This document shows positions 9,324-18,293 of a DNA stretch of 32,000 nt, one piece after another; position 1 is the first letter of the stretch; every line of letters begins with the position of its first letter. Made by a program: the position numbers and the translations under genes. The stretch covers positions 862,778 through 894,777 of the forward strand of contig NC_006461.1 in NCBI RefSeq assembly GCF_000091545.1, written 5' to 3'. Under the pieces are notes generated by a model. That model was not told the origin of the DNA and did no database searches. It saw nothing but the letters and a program-made list of their open reading frames with translations. Origin of the DNA: Thermus thermophilus HB8 (GTDB taxonomy: Bacteria > Deinococcota > Deinococci > Deinococcales > Thermaceae).

Positions 9324-10418
9324 GTTGCAAGGGATTGAGCCCCGTAAGGGGATTGCGACTCGTAAGCGATAACGGGGAGGGCGACGCCAATCGCGTTGCA
9401 AGGGATTGAGCCCCGTAAGGGGATTGCGACGCCACGGCGTACGCCGCCGCCCAGAGGGCCTTCTGGTTCAGGTTGCAAGGGATTGAGCCCCGTAAGGGGA
9501 TTGCGACTTTGCGAGGATTACCCCCTCGGTGGGCCCGAGGAGGTTCGTTGCAAGGGATTGAGCCCCGTAAGGGGATTGCGACCACGTCCCTCACGACCGA
9601 GGCCAGGGACGTCTTCACGTGGTTGCAAGGGATTGAGCCCCGTAAGGGGATTGCGACCTCCCTCCTTTCCCGCCTATCTTACTCCCCCATGAGGTGTTGC
9701 AAGGGATTGAGCCCCGTAAGGGGATTGCGACACTTCAAAGTGAAGGAGCCTAGGGGCTTGGTCATAGACTGGCGTTGCAAGGGATTGAGCCCCGTAAGGG
9801 GATTGCGACGGCGAGGAGCCGCCGCACCCCGATGATCTTGCCGTCGGAGTTGCAAGGGATTGAGCCCCGTAAGGGGATTGCGACCATTGGCGTGGGTGCC
9901 ACCCCGCCTACGCCGATGCTACGGGTTGCAAGGGATTGAGCCCCGTAAGGGGATTGCGACTTTGCCCTTCTAGGGCCTTCTGGAGTTCGTGAAGGTTCGC
10001 CACGTTGCAAGGGATTGAGCCCCGTAAGGGGATTGCGACCTTCAGGAATGGGCACGCCCACCTGCCGGAGAAGTTCAATGTTGCAAGGGATTGAGCCCCG
10101 TAAGGGGATTGCGACCTAAGCAGGAGGAGGCCCACGGCCTGGTAGAGGCCAAAATAGTTGCAAGGGATTGAGCCCCGTAAGGGGATTGCGACATCTCTAA
10201 CCAGGCTACGGAGAGGATAGTGGAACTCTACCGGGTTGCAAGGGATTGAGCCCCGTAAGGGGATTGCGACTATCAAGGGTCTTCCGCAAGCGGAAGGCGC
10301 GCGGGGAGTGTTGCAAGGGATTGAGCCCCGTAAGGGGATTGCGACCAGCCCGCTCCATCTCGGCCAGCTCTAGGGCGTGGGGACCAGTTGCAAGGGATTG
10401 AGCCCCGTAAGGGGATTG
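9324..10418 (+). CRISPR. CRISPR array, leader-proximal part: 14 full 36-nt repeats plus the first 32 nt of repeat 15
   Basis: Repeat GTTGCAAGGGATTGAGCCCCGTAAGGGGATTGCGAC starts at 9324, 9395, 9472, 9547, 9622, 9696, 9774, 9849, 9925, 10004, 10080, 10157, 10235, 10310 and 10387. Spacers are unique and 35-43 nt long. The 3' ATTGCGAC matches the 8-nt crRNA 5' handle known for Thermus type III systems, so transcription is on the + strand. Confidence 0.97.
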
Positions 10419-10433
10419 ATACTGTCTTGCCTG

Positions 10434-11387
10434 TCAAGCGACCCCTTGATCTAGCTGGGTTGCGTAGTACTCCCTGAGCCTTCCCATCATCCGCCTGAGG
10501 AGCTTGTGGGCCACGGCCACCAACGCCTGCTTCTTTCTCTTTCCCCGCGAGAGCAGGCGGTGGTAGAAGGCCCGCATCTCCGGGTCATGGCGCACCGCCA
10601 CCAGGGCGCCCATGTAGAGCTTTCGCCGCAGGAGGGGAGGCCCTTTTTTGGAGAGCCGACTCCTCTCCACGCTCTTTCCCGACTCCTCCCGCTCGGGGAT
10701 GAGCCCCGCGTAGGAGGCCGCCCTCTTCGCCCGGCCCCAGAGCTCTGGGGGCAGGAGGGCCAGCACCGCTGCCGCCACCTGGGGCCCCACCCCGGGCAGG
10801 GCCATCAGGACCTCGGCCTCGGGGAGGGTGGCGAGGAGGGCCTGGATCCTGGCCTCCACCTCCCCGAGAAGCCCCTTCACGCAGGCCAGCTCCTTCTGGA
10901 GGAGGGCGAGGACCTCCTTGCTCCCCGCCCACTCCGCCGCCTCCATCTGGTTGAGGATGGTCCTTTCCCGCCCGGCCAAGTCCTCCCGGTAGCCCACCAG
11001 GGCTTTGAGCTCCCGGAGGGTTTCTGGGGGTAGGGTGTAGGCCCGGAGGTCTTCGTGGTAGACCTGGGCGTAGCGGGCGAGGAGGAGGGCGTCTTGGCGG
11101 TCGGTCTTCTGGCGTTCTCCCTTGGCCTTGCGGAAGGCGGCGAGGTGGTAGGGGTTGACCAGGGCCACCTGGAGGCGGTTTTCTGCCAGGAGCTTGAGGA
11201 GGGGGAGGTGGTAGGCGCTGGTGGGCTCCAGGGCGACCCAGGCGGGGTTGTGGTGGGCGAGGGCGGCGAGGAGGGCTTGACGGCCTTCAGGGGAGTTGGG
11301 GAAGCGGAGGCGGGTGGGTTTGGGGGAGTTGGAGACGAGGGCCAGGTCCAGGTGGGTTTTGCTGACGTCAATGCCGGCGAAGGTCAT
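10434..11387 (-). CDS. IS110-family transposase/recombinase (DEDD N-terminal domain, Transposase_20-like C-terminal domain)
   Basis: 317 aa. MTFAGIDVSKTHLDLAL... (the DEDD-type GIDVSK start), ...LMALPGVGPQVAAAVLA... (HhH) and ...SGKS...RLSKKGPPLLRRKLYMGALVAVRHDP..., all typical of IS110. Confidence 0.93.
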   Translation of the reverse strand: MTFAGIDVSKTHLDLALVSNSPKPTRLRFPNSPEGRQALLAALAHHNPAWVALEPTSAYHLPLLKLLAENRLQVALVNPYHLAAFRKAKGERQKTDRQDALLLARYAQVYHEDLRAYTLPPETLRELKALVGYREDLAGRERTILNQMEAAEWAGSKEVLALLQKELACVKGLLGEVEARIQALLATLPEAEVLMALPGVGPQVAAAVLALLPPELWGRAKRAASYAGLIPEREESGKSVERSRLSKKGPPLLRRKLYMGALVAVRHDPEMRAFYHRLLSRGKRKKQALVAVAHKLLRRMMGRLREYYATQLDQGVA

Positions 11388-11576
11388 GGGCTCTCTCCTT
11401 TTGGTAACCTGAGGGAGGTGGCCACCCGACCCTGTGGGCCTTCCATGTGGATGCGGTCTTTGACGACCGGGATACTGTGCGGCGGGGAGGCCGGGGTGGG
11501 TGGCTACCGATCAATCCCGCGGGCGTGGTGGCCCGGCAACCGGGGCGGTGGGGCCTCCCTCAGGGGGCAAGATACA
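11388..11576 (-). ncRNA. candidate IS110 bridge (guide) RNA in the non-coding left end
   Basis: 11-nt complementary segments (11408-11418 CCTGAGGGAGG and 11554-11564 CCTCCCTCAGG) enclose about 135 nt. Inside, 11510-11518 is the reverse complement of the repeat/IS junction GGGATTGAT (10412-10420). Also inside, 11471-11478 GATACTGT repeats the IS end at 10418-10425. The RNA itself is inferred, not observed. Confidence 0.35.
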
Positions 11577-11578
11577 TG

Positions 11579-11952
11579 CGACTCGGTTATGGCCCTCCAA
11601 AAGGCCCTTGTCTTCTCCAGTTGCAAGGGATTGAGCCCCGTAAGGGGATTGCGACCACCTCACCTCCACTCGCTTATCACGCGCCTCCACCAATGGTTGC
11701 AAGGGATTGAGCCCCGTAAGGGGATTGCGACGGGGTCATAGATCCAGTCCCTAGGCGGGCCGAGGCGAATCCGTTGCAAGGGATTGAGCCCCGTAAGGGG
11801 ATTGCGACTTGCTGATTGTGAATGATGCCCATTCCTCCTTAGAAGGAAGTTGCAAGGGATTGAGCCCCGTAAGGGGATTGCGACGCTCGTCACGGGAAGC
11901 GCAAAAAGGTAGCTCCTAAGGGTTGCAAGGGATTGAGCCCCGTAAGGGGATT
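11579..11952 (+). CRISPR. CRISPR array, distal part: last 4 nt of repeat 15, four full repeats and a 31-nt truncated terminal repeat
   Basis: CGAC at 11579-11582. Full repeats at 11620, 11696, 11773 and 11849. A truncated repeat at 11922-11952 ends in GGGGATT. Spacers are 37-41 nt. Confidence 0.95.
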
Positions 11953-12030
11953 ACTGTCTTGCCCATCAAGCGACCCCTTTGTCGTGGGTGAAGGCCTGTA
12001 CCCCTCGCGCTAGGAGGCTTTCACGCAGGC
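11953..12030 (-). mobile_element. remnant of the 3' end of a second, related IS110-family element
   Basis: 11953-11979 matches the IS end 10421-10447 at 25 of 27 nt (ACTGTCTTGCCyrTCAAGCGACCCCTT). The reverse translation ends ...FTHDKGVA*, compared with ...ATQLDQGVA* in the intact transposase. The inner boundary is uncertain. Confidence 0.45.
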
Positions 12031-12085
12031 CCCGGCGCGCCTGCCCACCCACCTTCCGGGCCCTTTCCCAAAGGGGCGCTCCCAG

Positions 12086-12117
12086 AAAAGGGGCCCGGGC
12101 GGTTCGGCGCCCGGGCC
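12086..12117 (-). terminator. intrinsic terminator after the Memo-like gene
   Basis: On the minus strand, GGCCCGGGCG-CCGAAC-CGCCCGGGCC is followed by CCTTTTCT. Confidence 0.55.
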
Positions 12118-12144
12118 TTCGCGTCGTTCCAAATCTGGGGCTCT

Positions 12145-13257
12145 TTAGAGGACCAGGGTGCCCGCCCCCACGGCGCTTAGGGTGGGGGCCTCGAGGTCCA
12201 GGCGGTGGGCCAGGACCTTCCCCTTCCTTTCCCGGAGGAGGGGGAGGAGGCTTGCCACCACCTCCACCCCGTCTATGCGGGTGGGGTTGGCCCCCAGGAA
12301 GGCGAGGGCGGCCTCCGGCTCCCCTTCCGCGAGCCTTTCCAGGAAGCCCAGGTCCCGCCTCCTCGCCTCCTCCGCCAGGGTGCGGGTGAGGGGGGTGTCC
12401 CCGAAGCGGGGCCCCACGTGGGAGAGGTCCACGGCGAGGACGAGAAGGCCCGGGAAGTCCCGCAGGACCACCTTCAGGGCCTCCCCGAGCTCCGGGCTTC
12501 GCCTGGCCACGAGGAGGGGGAGGACGCGGGCCTCGGGGAACCGCCCCTTCAGGAAGAAGAGGGGAAGCTCCAGGCTGTGCTCCTCCCGGAAGGCGAGGGG
12601 CGTGTTGAAGAGCTCAAAGGGAAGGAGGGCGTCTAAGGCCTGGAGGGCGGGAAGGTCCGGCAGGGCGGGGCCGAAGGGGGTCTGGAAGGGCACGGGAAGG
12701 GCGGCGGCCTTCTCCTTCAGCGGCCTGTGGGCGACCCCCACCAGGTAGATGCGCTCAGGGGGCGGGGTCTTCTCCAGGGCGGCGAGGGCCGCCCCGTAGA
12801 CCTCGGGGACGCGGGAGGGCTCCAGGTGGGGCATGAGGAGGACCCGGGCCTCCTCGCCTTCCCCCGGGTAGCTCGCCCGGAAGGCCTCGAGGAAGGCCCG
12901 GGCCTCCCGCTCGCCCTCGGGATAGGAGAGCCCGGCGAGGCGCATGGGCCGCTCCCGCTTGAGCTTTTCCTCCTCCTCTTTGAGCCTCGCCTCCACCTTC
13001 TCCGTGAGGAGGAGGCCCGCCTCCTCCAGGGCCTTCGCCAGGTCTTCCAGCTCCTTCTTCGGCACCAGGACCCCGTGGCGCTTGAACACCTCCTCCTGCA
13101 CCTCCTCCAGGGTCCTCCCCTCCATGAGGGAGAGGAGGAAAAGCCCGCCCTCGGTGAGGGCCAGGGGCTTCTCGTAGACCCCGTAGGGGTCGGAGACCAG
13201 GAAGCCCCCCTCAATGGGGGTGATCTGGGGTTCCCGAAGCCTGAGCCTCCCTTCCAC
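12145..13257 (-). CDS. MEMO1/AmmeMemoRadiSam-system-protein-B family protein with about 105-aa N-terminal extension
   Basis: Memo motifs: REEHSLELPLFFL, AVDLSHVGPRFGD and GANPTRIDG. The N-terminal extension resembles a PqqD-like winged helix (see finding). Overlaps the cca 3' end by 47 nt. Confidence 0.85.
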   Translation of the reverse strand: MEGRLRLREPQITPIEGGFLVSDPYGVYEKPLALTEGGLFLLSLMEGRTLEEVQEEVFKRHGVLVPKKELEDLAKALEEAGLLLTEKVEARLKEEEEKLKRERPMRLAGLSYPEGEREARAFLEAFRASYPGEGEEARVLLMPHLEPSRVPEVYGAALAALEKTPPPERIYLVGVAHRPLKEKAAALPVPFQTPFGPALPDLPALQALDALLPFELFNTPLAFREEHSLELPLFFLKGRFPEARVLPLLVARRSPELGEALKVVLRDFPGLLVLAVDLSHVGPRFGDTPLTRTLAEEARRRDLGFLERLAEGEPEAALAFLGANPTRIDGVEVVASLLPLLRERKGKVLAHRLDLEAPTLSAVGAGTLVL

Positions 13258-14506
13258 CCCTCCAATATAGGAGAAAGGCCCGGGCCTCCTCCTTGGTCCC
13301 CACCCGGCCTTCGGCCTGGGCCTCGAGGAGGGCCTTTAGGGCCCTTCCCACCTCGGGGCCTTCTTGGAGGCCCAGAAGGGCCATCACCTCCTCCCCGGAG
13401 AGGAGGGGCCTTTGCGGCAGGGGGTCTTTCAGGACCTCTTCGTAGCGCCCGAGCACCTCCCAGGCCTCGCGCTCCACGCCCCTCGTGGCCAGGCGGTCCG
13501 CCGCCATGAGGTAGACGAGGTCCGGGAGGAGGTCCTGGCGCCTCAGGAAGAAGCGGCGCAGGGCCTTCCTCTCCTCGGGGAGGCGGTCCATGTGGCGGCG
13601 CACCAGGCCCGCCGCCCGCTCCACCACCTCCTTGGGGAAGCGGAGCCAAAAGAGGCTTGCCCGGGCGATCTCCGCCCCCACCTCGGCGTGCCCCAGGAAG
13701 CGGAAGCGGCCCACCTCGGGGTCAAAGCGGCGGGTGAGGGGCTTGCCCACGTCGTGGAAGAGGGCGGCGAGGCGGGCCTCGAGGGGGGCCTCGGGCCAGA
13801 GCCAGAGGAGGTGGAAGACCGCGCTCAGGGTGTGGTCCCAGGCGGGAAGGTGGTGCACCCCGCCCTGATGGAGGCCCACGAGGAGGGCGAGCTCGGGGAG
13901 GTAGACCCCAAGGAGCCCCACCCTCTCCAGAAGGCGCAGGCCGAAGGCCGCCCTCGGGGAGAGGAGGAGCCGGGCAAGCTCCTCCTTGACCCTTTCCCGC
14001 GCGGGGAGGGCCTCGGGGTGGGCCTGGAGGAACCGGGCGTGGCGGCCAAGGGCCTCCCGGGTCCTCTGGGGAAGCCCGAAGCCCAAGGTGGCGGCGAGGC
14101 GGACCCCCCGGAGGCTTCGCAGGTGGTCCTGGTAGAGGTTTTCCTCCCGCACGGGGACGAGGAGGCGCCGCCTCAGGTCCTCCTCCACCCCCTTTAGGCC
14201 GAAGACGGCGCCCCCCTTCCAGAGGAGGGCGTTCACCCGGTAGTCCCGCCGGAGGAGGTCCTCCTCCAGCCTCCCCTCCAAGGGGGTGAAGTCCAGGGTC
14301 CTTTCCCCCACCACCAGGCGGTAGTGGCCCCGCTTGGGGTCCAGGGGGAAGAGGCTTCCCCCGAGGCGCCTCTTTGCCTCCTCGGCCGCCCCTTCGGGGT
14401 CCAAGGCGGCGTAGTCCAGGTCCGTTGGCCTTCTTCCCAGGAGGAGGTCCCGCACCGCCCCGCCCACGGGGAAGGCGTCCTTGGGGGTATAAAAGGGGAA
14501 GTCCAT
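13211..14506 (-). CDS. cca: CCA-adding enzyme / tRNA nucleotidyltransferase (PolyA_pol head plus HD domain)
   Basis: MDFPFYTPKDAFPVGGAVRDLLLGRRPTDLDYA... (GGxVRDxLLG...DxD) and ...LFHDVGKP (HD). Start is taken at ATG 14506. The upstream part of the track ORF is off-frame-looking and overlaps coaE. Confidence 0.85.
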   Translation of the reverse strand: MDFPFYTPKDAFPVGGAVRDLLLGRRPTDLDYAALDPEGAAEEAKRRLGGSLFPLDPKRGHYRLVVGERTLDFTPLEGRLEEDLLRRDYRVNALLWKGGAVFGLKGVEEDLRRRLLVPVREENLYQDHLRSLRGVRLAATLGFGLPQRTREALGRHARFLQAHPEALPARERVKEELARLLLSPRAAFGLRLLERVGLLGVYLPELALLVGLHQGGVHHLPAWDHTLSAVFHLLWLWPEAPLEARLAALFHDVGKPLTRRFDPEVGRFRFLGHAEVGAEIARASLFWLRFPKEVVERAAGLVRRHMDRLPEERKALRRFFLRRQDLLPDLVYLMAADRLATRGVEREAWEVLGRYEEVLKDPLPQRPLLSGEEVMALLGLQEGPEVGRALKALLEAQAEGRVGTKEEARAFLLYWRGGREAQASGTPDHPH

Positions 14507-15118
14507 ATGGGCCACGAGGCGAAGCACCCCATTATTATCGGCATCACCGGGAACATCGGCAGCGGCAAGAGCACCGTGGCCGCCCTCCTCAGGTCCTGGG
14601 GCTACCCCGTCTTGGACCTGGACGCGCTCGCCGCCCGGGCCCGGGAGAACAAGGAGGAGGAGCTGAAGCGCCTCTTCCCCGAGGCGGTGGTGGGGGGGAG
14701 GCTGGACCGGAGGGCCCTCGCCCGGCTCGTCTTTTCCGACCCGGAGAGGCTCAAGGCCCTCGAGGCCGTGGTCCACCCGGAGGTCAGGCGGCTTCTTATG
14801 GAGGAGCTTTCCCGCCTAGAGGCCCCCCTCGTCTTTCTGGAGATCCCCCTCCTCTTTGAGAAGGGGTGGGAGGGGAGGCTCCACGGGACCCTCTTGGTGG
14901 CGGCCCCCCTGGAGGAGCGGGTGAGGCGGGTGATGGCGCGCTCGGGGCTTTCCCGGGAGGAGGTCCTGGCCCGGGAGCGGGCCCAGATGCCCGAGGAGGA
15001 GAAGCGCAAGCGGGCGACCTGGGTCTTGGAGAACACGGGGAGCCTCGAGGACCTGGAAAGGGCCTTGAAGGCGGTCCTGGCCGAGCTCACCGGGGGGGCC
15101 AAAGGAGGGCGAGGCTGA
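14507..15118 (+). CDS. coaE: dephospho-CoA kinase
   Basis: MGHEAKHPIIIGITGNIGSGKSTVAALL... (P-loop at the N-terminus, as in CoaE) and ...VVHPEVRR.... About 203 aa. Confidence 0.9.
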   Translation: MGHEAKHPIIIGITGNIGSGKSTVAALLRSWGYPVLDLDALAARARENKEEELKRLFPEAVVGGRLDRRALARLVFSDPERLKALEAVVHPEVRRLLMEELSRLEAPLVFLEIPLLFEKGWEGRLHGTLLVAAPLEERVRRVMARSGLSREEVLARERAQMPEEEKRKRATWVLENTGSLEDLERALKAVLAELTGGAKGGRG

Positions 15119-15590
15119 GGGCGAGGGCGAAGAGCAGGTGGGCTTGGCCCCCGCCGAGGAGGAGGGCGGCGAGGGGCAGGGCCAGGGCGAAGGCGAGGAG
15201 GGCGGGGTGGGCTTTGCGGCTTCCGAGGAGGAGGACGCCTGCGGGAAGGCCCGCCAGGAGGAGGAGCCTCGGGTCCACGGCGAAGAGGACGCCCAGGGGG
15301 GCGAGGAGGCTTCCCGCCCGCCGGAGGCCGAGCCAGGGGCTTAAGGCGTGGGCGAAGGCCGCGGCGGCCCCCGCCGCCAGGCCCCCGGTGTAGTCCCGGG
15401 CCAGAAACTCCCCCAGGGCCACGGCGAAGACCCCCTTGGCGAAGTCCAGGAGGAGGACGAGGCCCGCGGGGACGGGGCCGAGGCGCCAAAGCGGCTCCCT
15501 CCCCGACCACGCCTTGCCCTGGAGGGCGGCGAACCAGAAGGCGAAGGGAAGGCTTCCCATGAGGTAGCCCGCAAGGAGGGCGGCGGCCAT
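15087..15590 (-). CDS. PlsY-like membrane protein (divergent glycerol-3-phosphate acyltransferase family)
   Basis: GYLMGSLPFAFW, LLLDFAKG and AHALSPWLG resemble PlsY motifs, but the GSGNxGxTN motif is not recognisable (see finding). Confidence 0.55.
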   Translation of the reverse strand: MAAALLAGYLMGSLPFAFWFAALQGKAWSGREPLWRLGPVPAGLVLLLDFAKGVFAVALGEFLARDYTGGLAAGAAAAFAHALSPWLGLRRAGSLLAPLGVLFAVDPRLLLLAGLPAGVLLLGSRKAHPALLAFALALPLAALLLGGGQAHLLFALALSLALLWPPR

Positions 15591-15600
15591 GCCCCCATGC

Positions 15601-15629
15601 TAGACAAAAGGCGCCCTTCTGCCTATACT
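15601..15629 (+). promoter_or_regulatory. tRNA-Pro promoter: TAGACA-17 nt-TATACT
   Basis: -35 at 15601-15606 and -10 at 15624-15629. The tRNA 5' end lies 12 nt downstream. Confidence 0.5.
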
Positions 15630-15640
15630 AGAGGGCGCTG

Positions 15641-15717
15641 CGGGGAGTAGCGCAGCCCGGTAGCGCACCTCGTTCGGGACGAGGGGGTCGCTGGTTCAAA
15701 TCCAGTCTCCCCGACCA
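15641..15717 (+). tRNA. tRNA-Pro (anticodon CGG), CCA encoded
   Basis: Cloverleaf folded by hand. Acceptor stem CGGGGAG/CTCCCCG, D stem GCGC/GCGC, anticodon stem CCTCG/CGAGG with loop TTCGGGA, T arm GCTGG-TTCAAAT-CCAGT, discriminator A and CCA. Confidence 0.93.
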
Positions 15718-15720
15718 AGG

Positions 15721-15747
15721 GCCGGCCCACGGGCCGGCTTCCTTCTT
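15721..15747 (+). terminator. intrinsic terminator after tRNA-Pro
   Basis: GCCGGCC-CACG-GGCCGGC followed by TTCCTTCTTT. Confidence 0.6.
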
Positions 15748-15751
15748 TCGG

Positions 15752-16792
<1,041 letters not shown>

Positions 16793-16793
16793 A

Positions 16794-18293
16794 ATGCGGT
16801 CTATGTGGGCCCTTCTTTCCGTCGCGGACAAGCGGGGGATCGTGGACTTCGCCCGGGGGCTTGCGGAGCTTGGCTTCCGCCTCCTCGCCACGGGGGGGAC
16901 CTACCGCGCCCTCCGCGAGGCGGGGCTTCCCGTGACCTACATCTCCGACTTCACCGGCTTTCCCGAGATCCTGGAGGGGAGGGTCAAGACCCTCCACCCC
17001 AAGGTGCACGCCGCCCTCCTCGCCCGCCCGGACCAGGAGGAGGAGCTTAAGGCCTTGGGGTTGGAGCGCATCGGGGTCTTGGCGGTGAACCTCTACCCCT
17101 TCCGGGAGACGGTGGCCCGGGGGGCCTCCTTTGCGGAGGCCCTGGAGCAGATTGACATCGGGGGCCCCGCCATGCTCCGGGCGGCGGCCAAGAACCACCA
17201 GGCGGTGCTTCCCGTGTGCGACCCCGAGGACTACCCCCGGGTCCTGGAGGCGCTCAAGGCGGGGCCCTCCCCGGACTTCCGCCAAAAGCTCGCCCGCAAG
17301 GCCTTCGCCCACACCGCCCTCTACGACGCCGCCATCGCCGAGTGGCTTTCCGGGGAGAAGTTCCCCGAGGAGAAGCTTTTGGCCCTCAGGCGGGAGGCCT
17401 CCTTGCGTTACGGGGAGAACCCCCACCAGGAGGCGGCCCTCTACCGGGTGGTGGGGGAGAGGGGGCCTCTGCTCGAGGCCCAGGTGCTTCAGGGGAAGGC
17501 CATGAGCTTCAACAACTACCTGGACGCCGAGGCCGCCTGGAACCTGGTGTCCGAGTTCGCCGAGCCCGCCTGCGTGGCCGTGAAGCACCAGAACCCCTGC
17601 GGCGTGGCCCTGGGGGAGACCCCCCTGGAGGCCTACCGGAAGGCCTACGAGGCCGACCCCGTCTCCATCTTCGGCGGCATCGTGGCCTTCAACCGCCCCC
17701 TGGACGGCCCCACGGCGGAGGCCCTGGCGGAGGTCTTCCTGGAGGTGGTCCTCGCCCCCTCCTTTAGCCCCGAGGCCCGGGCGGTCCTCGCCAGGAAGAA
17801 GAACCTCCGCCTCCTCCAGGTGCCCTTCCCTGCCCAAGGGCCCTACCTGGACCTGAGGCGCCTCCGGGGCGGGGTGCTCCTCCAGGACGCGGACACCGAG
17901 GACCCCGCGGAGCCCAAGGTGGTCACGGAGAGGGCCCCCACCCCGGAGGAGTGGCCCGACCTCCGCTTCGCCTGGAAGGTGGTGAAGCACGTGCGCTCCA
18001 ATGCCATCGTGGTGGCCAAGGGGGGGATGACCCTGGGGATCGGGGTGGGGCAGACGAACCGCCTCGCCGCCGCCCGGCACGCCCTGGAGGCGGCCGGGGA
18101 AAGGGCCAAGGGCGCCGTCCTGGCCTCCGACGCCTTCTTCCCCTTTGACGACGTGGTCCGCCTCGCCGCCTCCTACGGCATCGCCGCCATCATCCAGCCC
18201 GGGGGGAGCGTGCGGGACCAGGACTCCATCAGGGCGGCGGAGGAGGCGGGGATCGCCATGGTCTTCACCGGCGTGCGCCACTTCCGCCACTGA
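16794..18293 (+). CDS. purH: bifunctional AICAR formyltransferase / IMP cyclohydrolase
   Basis: [15 protein letters not shown]..., [24 protein letters not shown] and a C-terminal ...IQPGGSVRD...[11 protein letters not shown]. Confidence 0.95.
   Translation: MRSMWALLSVADKRGIVDFARGLAELGFRLLATGGTYRALREAGLPVTYISDFTGFPEILEGRVKTLHPKVHAALLARPDQEEELKALGLERIGVLAVNLYPFRETVARGASFAEALEQIDIGGPAMLRAAAKNHQAVLPVCDPEDYPRVLEALKAGPSPDFRQKLARKAFAHTALYDAAIAEWLSGEKFPEEKLLALRREASLRYGENPHQEAALYRVVGERGPLLEAQVLQGKAMSFNNYLDAEAAWNLVSEFAEPACVAVKHQNPCGVALGETPLEAYRKAYEADPVSIFGGIVAFNRPLDGPTAEALAEVFLEVVLAPSFSPEARAVLARKKNLRLLQVPFPAQGPYLDLRRLRGGVLLQDADTEDPAEPKVVTERAPTPEEWPDLRFAWKVVKHVRSNAIVVAKGGMTLGIGVGQTNRLAAARHALEAAGERAKGAVLASDAFFPFDDVVRLAASYGIAAIIQPGGSVRDQDSIRAAEEAGIAMVFTGVRHFRH

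Larger units (their letters stand above)
10419..11578 (-). mobile_element. IS110-family insertion sequence (about 1160 bp) inserted inside CRISPR repeat 15
   Basis: The repeat is split into GGGGATTG / CGAC. TG is present at both junctions (10417-10418 and 11577-11578), and removing one copy restores GGGGATTGCGAC. Subterminal 7-bp inverted repeat TCTTGCC (10425-10431) / GGCAAGA (11566-11572). One transposase ORF and a 189-nt non-coding end. Confidence 0.9.

Noticed and set aside
9583-9621. Spacer 4 is internally palindromic (ACGTCCCT...AGGGACGT), and spacer 13 contains CTTCCGC-AA-GCGGAAG.
   Set aside because: These are single occurrences within otherwise normal unique spacers. They probably reflect hairpins or terminators in the protospacer source and are not a feature of this locus.
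9034-10276. Several 86-194-aa ORFs on both strands across the CRISPR region (9034-9618, 9396-9692, 9473-9835, 9762-10061, 9908-10276; likewise 11447-11893).
   Set aside because: They contain the periodically repeated peptides GIEPRKGIAT and AIPLRGSIPCN, which are simply translations of the 36-nt repeat.
11979-12389. 136-aa plus-strand ORF after the CRISPR array.
   Set aside because: Its sequence is Pro/Gly/Arg-rich junk that overlaps the IS remnant, the Memo-gene terminator and the Memo gene's 3' end on the other strand.
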